Of a stretch of DNA of 36,319 nucleotides, positions 30,470 to 36,319 are shown piece after piece. Every line of letters starts with the position of its first letter. The first letter of the stretch is position 1. The translations under genes and the position numbers were made by a program. The stretch is from Nemertoderma westbladi (Eukaryota > Animalia > Xenacoelomorpha): assembly GCA_032718475.1 (NCBI GenBank), contig JAUCBJ010004456.1, positions 1 to 36,319 of the forward strand. The letters are read 5' to 3'. The notes beneath the pieces are model-generated. The model worked only from the letters and a program-made list of their open reading frames with translations, was not told the origin of the DNA and searched no databases.

Positions 30470-32278
30470 CTAATTTTCATCTGCAGTATTGCAGATAGCT
30501 ACGCTATCATGTTCTAATGCGATGTTTTCGCAACCCAACCCTGATTTACCACTCGAACTAACATCGTCACTCCTATCTGACACCAGTTGTTTACGTTTAG
30601 TAACTGGTGTATCTTCAAACAATTTATTATTTCTCATTGGTATATCATATACTTCTTCTGTATCATCACAATCTGGCTTAACTTCCCCAAACAATTCATA
30701 TCTTCTTACTGGTATATCATACACTCCTGTATCATCACAATCTGGCTTAACTTCCCCAAACAATTCATATCTTCTTACTGGTATATCATACACTCCTGTA
30801 TCATCACAATCTGGCTTAACTTCCTCCAACAATTCAGTTATTCTTACTGGTATATCATACACTCCTCTGTCATCACAATCTTGCTTAACTTCCTCAATCA
30901 ACCCATCTCTCGTTATTGACGTACCATCTTTTACACTTGAGTTCTTCCCATCAGGCACTTCAGTCATTCTCATTGGCGTATCAATGTACTCCACATAATC
31001 CATGTCAACTTCTTCTACAGCGGTTCCCTTTTTACCTGATTTTCCTCGCAGTCGGAAATAATATACCATAACGCCAAAGAGAATTAATATTATTACGGCG
31101 AATACAGCTGATATCGATATCGTCATAATTAATCCGGTATTAGTGTGATCCAGTTGGACCACTATAACATGAACAAATGGACTCATTGAACTCATGGTTG
31201 GTCTTATAGGAATGCTAAATACTCTATACCAGTATACACCACTGTCGTTTATAGCTATTGTTAAGGAAATAAGAGTTTTGTTATTGGAATCAACTATTTC
31301 AGTGAGTTGGTTTCTAGTTTTTCTATACCACGTTATATTATTGTTGGGCCATCCGCTTGTAAATTTGGCTTTTATAACTAAAGATTCTCCTTCTACCAAT
31401 GTAAGAGTTCCAATAATATCGTCTCCATCGGTATCAGTTACACCTATATTTGTTGCTAAGTAACTAATATCTATATAAACATTACATGCTTTAGTAGATA
31501 TATGGTTTTTAGCTTCGCACTTATAATGGTAAGAGTGTTCATATTGAACTGATGGAATTTGGTATATGATAGTTTCTGTGGCTGCTTCTTTTTTATATAC
31601 ACTGCCCAACTCGCTGTCATCTTGATCAACCCATTTGAATATTCCGTTGTTAGGGTAACCAGTTTCCGTTGGAGACGGCAACCAATCATTCGCGTTACAT
31701 TCTATATAAGGAGCTGGTTGGTTTGTATCCAACCAATAATTATTTGATTCTTGGTTGAATATTAAATGACACTCTGAATGTTCAGTCTGTTTCTCTCCAT
31801 TGCACCCGCACTGTAGACTAGAGGATGATTGGCATGGAGGTAGGGTTACACTAGATATAAATTCCCTTCTTCTATTAGTGAAACACTCGTAACTGTAGTT
31901 ACCATTATATTCATAATCGTTAATAAGTTTATCAACCGTGAATGTTGCGTTGAAGATGAAGATTGGACTATGGCGATCTTTGACTTCAACATTAACTGAC
32001 CCTCTATTAATTTCGGCGTGGAATATATCAACTACACCATCAGGCCCTATACGTCCTTCTACATATAGTATGGTTCTCAATCTTCCAGAAACATTCATAT
32101 ATAAGCCAATTTCAAAAAAATGATGTCGTCTCATACTAATATCATCACAAACCAACTGAAGTTTGTCACCTTCTATCAAACAATCTCTTCCCTCGGGAAG
32201 TATCTTTGTTAAACAATTTCCCCTCAAAGAATATGTGATGAAAATCACGTAACATAATAATATAATAATATTATTCAT
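30470..32278 (-). CDS. Single-exon type I membrane Ig-superfamily receptor, 602 aa, with tandem YDIP tail repeats
   Basis: Signal MNNIIILLCYVIFITYSLRG; Ig-like motifs LQLVC..GNYSYEC, IECNA..FKW..YHYKCEAKN, ITWY..DSGVYWY; TM GLIMTISISAVFAVIILILFGVMVYYF followed by RLRGK; acidic tail with 23-aa repeats. Confidence 0.88.
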   Translation of the reverse strand: MNNIIILLCYVIFITYSLRGNCLTKILPEGRDCLIEGDKLQLVCDDISMRRHHFFEIGLYMNVSGRLRTILYVEGRIGPDGVVDIFHAEINRGSVNVEVKDRHSPIFIFNATFTVDKLINDYEYNGNYSYECFTNRRREFISSVTLPPCQSSSSLQCGCNGEKQTEHSECHLIFNQESNNYWLDTNQPAPYIECNANDWLPSPTETGYPNNGIFKWVDQDDSELGSVYKKEAATETIIYQIPSVQYEHSYHYKCEAKNHISTKACNVYIDISYLATNIGVTDTDGDDIIGTLTLVEGESLVIKAKFTSGWPNNNITWYRKTRNQLTEIVDSNNKTLISLTIAINDSGVYWYRVFSIPIRPTMSSMSPFVHVIVVQLDHTNTGLIMTISISAVFAVIILILFGVMVYYFRLRGKSGKKGTAVEEVDMDYVEYIDTPMRMTEVPDGKNSSVKDGTSITRDGLIEEVKQDCDDRGVYDIPVRITELLEEVKPDCDDTGVYDIPVRRYELFGEVKPDCDDTGVYDIPVRRYELFGEVKPDCDDTEEVYDIPMRNNKLFEDTPVTKRKQLVSDRSDDVSSSGKSGLGCENIALEHDSVAICNTADEN

Positions 32279-33499
32279 TGTTACAACAGTTGAAAAATAT
32301 TACGAATTATAATACCGGTACTATATTATTACAATATGTTTGGTGTATAATAAGAAAACATTATATATAAAATAATAATAATCTAATTTTATTGTTATTA
32401 ATCATATAATAACGAACCTGCCTATTAATAGGCCAGGGTAGTTCTTGTCAAGAGTTGAGCCGTTTAAAAACACGATGTGGTTGTGTGTGTGTGTATATAT
32501 ATATGTATAACCATCCAATATCTCAAAAACTCAAGCAGGTACGCAAAAATTTTAATAACAAACTCTCCATAAATTTTGGTTGCGCACAAGACTGTATATT
32601 TTTTGTGGCGTTTCGATCACGGGGTCACTGAAAAATAGCGGTTTTTAACATTTAAAGTCGAATTTCACCGATTTCAACTCGTCGAGTATGCACCAACTTT
32701 TTTATTTGAGATATTCAGTCATCTGAGCAACATATTTGAGTCTCAGAATCTTTTCAAATATCGCCAATCTCGCACAGAACGTCGCCAAAATTTGTTAGTC
32801 CAGCAAAAAAAACGCACAAATTCGTCTAAAAGAGTAAATTATTTAGTTGCGGAATAATATGATTCAACTAGAAAAGCCAGCCAGCTGGCTGTAAGGAGAC
32901 CGCCCATATAGACAAACGTAGTGTTAGTTGGGTCCCTCCTCATTCATTATCATCAACTCCCTCCCACCTAACATAGCAGTGAGTAACCTTATAGACTATT
33001 GTCATAGGATTCACTGGGAAGAGGTATTCATCTGGTGGGGTAATACATTATACAAACTTACAGTTGATGTTTGATTACTGTCTGGGTTACAGGGTTAGAG
33101 TGAGATAGTAATCAATTTGGCAAGTAATATATTTCTCTGCAGTTTGGAATTTCCATTCAATAAATAGTAGTAGCTTACTAGGCCCACATGAGTACCAACA
33201 GCTGGTGTTTCTATCGTTGAGTTGAAGGCAATTATCGTGTTTTCATTTTCGCTCACTCAGGGTACTGGTTTGAGGGGCAGGTTCGTTTCTAATGTTGAAT
33301 TCACAAAATTAAAAAAAAATACAAAGCACAAAATTGTGAAAAATATGGGCGACCCAATGTCTCAAAGGCCACAGGATGGAAGATGCTCGCCCTATCAACT
33401 CATTGGTGGTCACGTTTTTACCTCGTCCTCCTCCCCTTAGTGCGCCCCTTAGGAATAAGAGTCTGGTGTAAATGACTTGGAGGCCGGACTGGCCTCCAT

Positions 33500-33720
33500 C
33501 CAACTGGCATGGCTAGGAACATGGTGACTCCAACTACCATCTTCCCGACATTCCTGCAGAGATCTTGGGGCTCCAGGATGGAGGGAACCCCATACCTGAC
33601 CAACACCCGTCTCACGATATCATTTAACATCTCACGGCGGGCGTGTCGGCCAGCACTCCTCCGACAGGAAGGGCCGTGAAGGCCATTTGCAGCCACTTGG
33701 CTTCCACATCGGTTCCAGAA
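33500..33720 (-). pseudogene. Decayed fragment of a restriction-like-endonuclease non-LTR retrotransposon (CRE-like)
   Basis: HGPSCRRSAGRHARREMLNDIVRRVL..GVPSILEPQDLCRNVGKMVVGVT matches the H..sC...R..RH..lND...EP..l.r.dGkRPDG.T pattern with the catalytic RPD degraded. Confidence 0.7.
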
Positions 33721-33827
33721 CTTTTCATCCTAGGCGAGAGGCGATGGAGATGTTCTAGTTATTCTACGAGACGCATGTTTATACAATATTATATAACAAA
33801 ATTATATTTAGGGGAACTGCTGACAAG

Positions 33828-33858
<31 letters not shown>

Positions 33859-34169
33859 ATCAATATGCAGTCAGGATAGCCGACTATACTAGAATTGCTA
33901 TTGTCTGCTACCCCGGCACCTCAAACATCTTCTTTCTTCAACATCATAATTTAAATATGTTGGTAAATTGATGAAAGAAATATTAAATTGAAAATTGACT
34001 CAGAGTGGCGAGTTTCTTCGTCAACTGGGAGCATCCAGGCTCCCAACGAAGAGGCTGCAAGCCGAACTCAATACAAATGGGGCCAGGCTTGGTCGCCAAT
34101 GTTAATGTTGGTATTGGCAACCTCATGGAGGGCCCCACGGACGATTTCGTGGTAGTTTCTGAGAAGCGC

Positions 34170-35496
34170 TGGGGACCGGAAGCCGTCATGGGGCGCGCTG
34201 GAAACCGGAAGAAGGGAGCTGTCATGGGGAGCACTGGGAGCCGGAAGTAGGGAGCCGTCATGGGGAGCAGTGGGAACCGGAAGCAGGGAGCTGTCATGGG
34301 GAGCACTGGGAGCCGGAAGCAGGGAGCCGTCATGGGGAGCACTGGGAACCGGCAGCAGGGAGCCGTAGCGCTGGGAGCCGAAAGCAGGGAGCCGCCATGG
34401 GGAGCAGCTGGGAACTGGAAGCAGGGAGCCGTCATGGGGAGCATTGGGAACCGGAAGCAGGGAGCCATAGCGCTGGGAGCCAGAAGCAGGGAGCCGTAGC
34501 GCTGGGAGCCGAAAGCAGAGAGCCGCCATGGGGAGCGCTGGGAACCGGAAGCAGGGAGGCGTCATGGGGAACACTGGGAACTGGAAGCTGGGAGCCGTCA
34601 TGGGGAGCGCTGGGAACCGGAAGCAGGGAGCCGTAGCGCTGGAAGCCGAAAGCAGAGAGCCGCCATGGGGAGCGCTGGGAACCGGAAGCAGGGAGCCATA
34701 GCGCTGGGAGCCAGAAGCAGGAAGCCGTAGCGCTGGGAGCCGAAAGCAGAGAGCCGCCATGGGGAGCGCTGGGAACCGGAAGCAGGGATGCGTCATGGGG
34801 AGCACTGGGAACCGGAAGCAGGGAGCCGTCATGGGGAGCGCTGGGAACCGGAAGCAGGGAGCCGTCATGGGGAGCGCTGGGAACCGGAAGCAGGGAGCCG
34901 TCATGCGGAGCGCTGGTAACCGGAAGCAGGGAGCCGTCATGGGGAGCGCTGGGAACCGGAAGCAGGGCGCCGTCATGGGGGGTCCTGGGAACCAGAAACA
35001 GGGAGGCATCATGGGGAGCGTTGGGAACCGGAAGCAGGGAGCCGTCATGGAGAACACTGGGAACCGGAAGCAGGGAGCCGTCATGGGGAGCATTGGGAAC
35101 CGGAAGCAGGGAGCCGTAGCGCTGGGAGCCGAAAGCAGGGAGCCGCCATGGGGAGCGCTGGGAACTGGAAGCAGGGAGCCGTAATGGGGAGCATTGGGAG
35201 CCGGAAGCAGGGAGCCATAGCGCTGGGAGCCAGAAGCAGGGAGCCGTAGCGCTGGAAGCCGAAAGCAGAGAGCCGCCATGGGGAGCGCTGGGAACCGGAA
35301 GCAGGGAGGCGTCATGGGGAACACTGGGAACTGGAAGCAGGGAACCGTCATGGGGAGCGTTGGGAACCGGAAGCAGGGAGCCGTAGCGCTGGAAGCCGAA
35401 AGCAGAGAGCCGCCATGGGGAGCGCTGGGAACCGGCAGCAGGGAGCCGTCATGGGGAACACTGGGAACCGGAAGCAGGGAGCCGTCATGGGGAGCA
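34170..35496. repeat. GC-rich 36-bp minisatellite with interspersed ~29-bp variant units
   Basis: Unit GGGAACCGGAAGCAGGGAGCCGTCATGGGGAGCGCT; variant GGGAGCCGAAAGCAG(G/A)GAGCC; explains ORFs 33983-35634. Confidence 0.95.
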
Positions 35497-36250
35497 CAAA
35501 TATCAAAATACCTACAACCTACCCCACAAACGCGAATAATAATAAAAATATTTATCTCTTTTGGTGGGAAAGAATATAAAATTCATTATTTTTTCTATTT
35601 CGAAATTGGATTACGTAATTATATTAACCTGTAACGATGAAACTAAAAATTTAACATAATTTAATATTCAAGATAGGCAATGTGACACAACTACTTTGAT
35701 TCTGTTACATTTTAAACAATAATATAATGTTACATATAATAGCAGATACTGTTGTATTCAGGTTACTGCTACTGTGTGTTTGTAGGCAGGCCTATTATAT
35801 ACTACCATTTACTTGTACTACAGTACAGTAGTATGTTCATTGCCGAGGTAAAAAAGTTCCCCCAGCAGTAAAATGTTACTTTCAATAGCAATATATGTGA
35901 CAAATTTATTATACAGTACGTATCAAAATGGCGTTACAGTATTAGTATAAATAAATTTAGTGAAGGTCTTACATTATTAATATTCATTATATATAGTTAA
36001 ATTTCCCCTACAAAAGTCCCTAGTGTAATAGCGAATGAGTTATTGAGAATTGGCAAGTATACCTACATATGCAACCTACCTGTACTTACACTGTTCAACT
36101 TAGGTTTCTATCAGAACAATCATAAGTTATTTTTATGTCCTGTATTTTTTTATTGGCTTATTATATTTTTGACATATATTTAATGCCCTGTAGGCCTACA
36201 GTATTGTATTGGCCTGTACATTTAGTATTGTATTGGTGTTGTAATATCCC

Positions 36251-36317
36251 TTGTTTATGTGGTAACCAATGACGGCGAGTTGTAAAGTTACGGTGTCATT
36301 GGTTACCACGTAAACAA
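36251..36317. repeat. Hairpin with 23-bp arms
   Basis: TTGTTTATGTGGTAACCAATGAC ... GTCATTGGTTACCACGTAAACAA, one mismatch, 21-nt loop; runs to the window edge. Confidence 0.8.
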
Positions 36318-36319
36318 TA

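Noticed and set aside
1307-30472. TAG/TAA reassigned to Gln (two in-frame AAT TAG stops, at 1307 and 30470)
   Set aside because: Pol (1308 aa), CRELD and the Ig ORF use CAA/CAG throughout with no internal TAR, and the channel exon ends at a plausible TAA.
30489-32123. Plus-strand ORFs opposite the Ig gene (likewise those opposite pol and CRELD)
   Set aside because: Antisense shadows of real coding sequence with no independent motifs.
33983-35634. 427-aa and other ORFs
   Set aside because: Arise from the 36-bp minisatellite; frames shift at each variant unit.

Overview
AT-rich eukaryotic genomic DNA, probably from an invertebrate (lineage not determinable here), and rich in repeats. 1-~7.6 kb holds a near-intact Ty3/Gypsy LTR retrotransposon. 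Its gag and pol share one frame broken by a single TAG, and the gag frame has no upstream AUG. It starts right behind a predicted multi-stem RNA structure with covarying pairs, which recurs at 7.47-7.64 kb and 11.8-11.97 kb. Host genes: tRNA-Lys(TTT); an intronless CRELD-type gene whose stop lies in a 39-bp minisatellite rich in CRE motifs; the last exon of a Cys-less-type pentameric ligand-gated ion channel; and an intronless Ig-superfamily receptor with tandem YDIP motifs. The rest is MITEs (CMC-, MULE-, Helitron-like, foldback), decayed LINE and Gypsy fragments, minisatellites, and three 17-bp inverted-end scars (two with perfect 7-bp target duplications, one half-scar) that look like P-superfamily excision footprints. 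All alignments and folds were done by eye; no searches were run.
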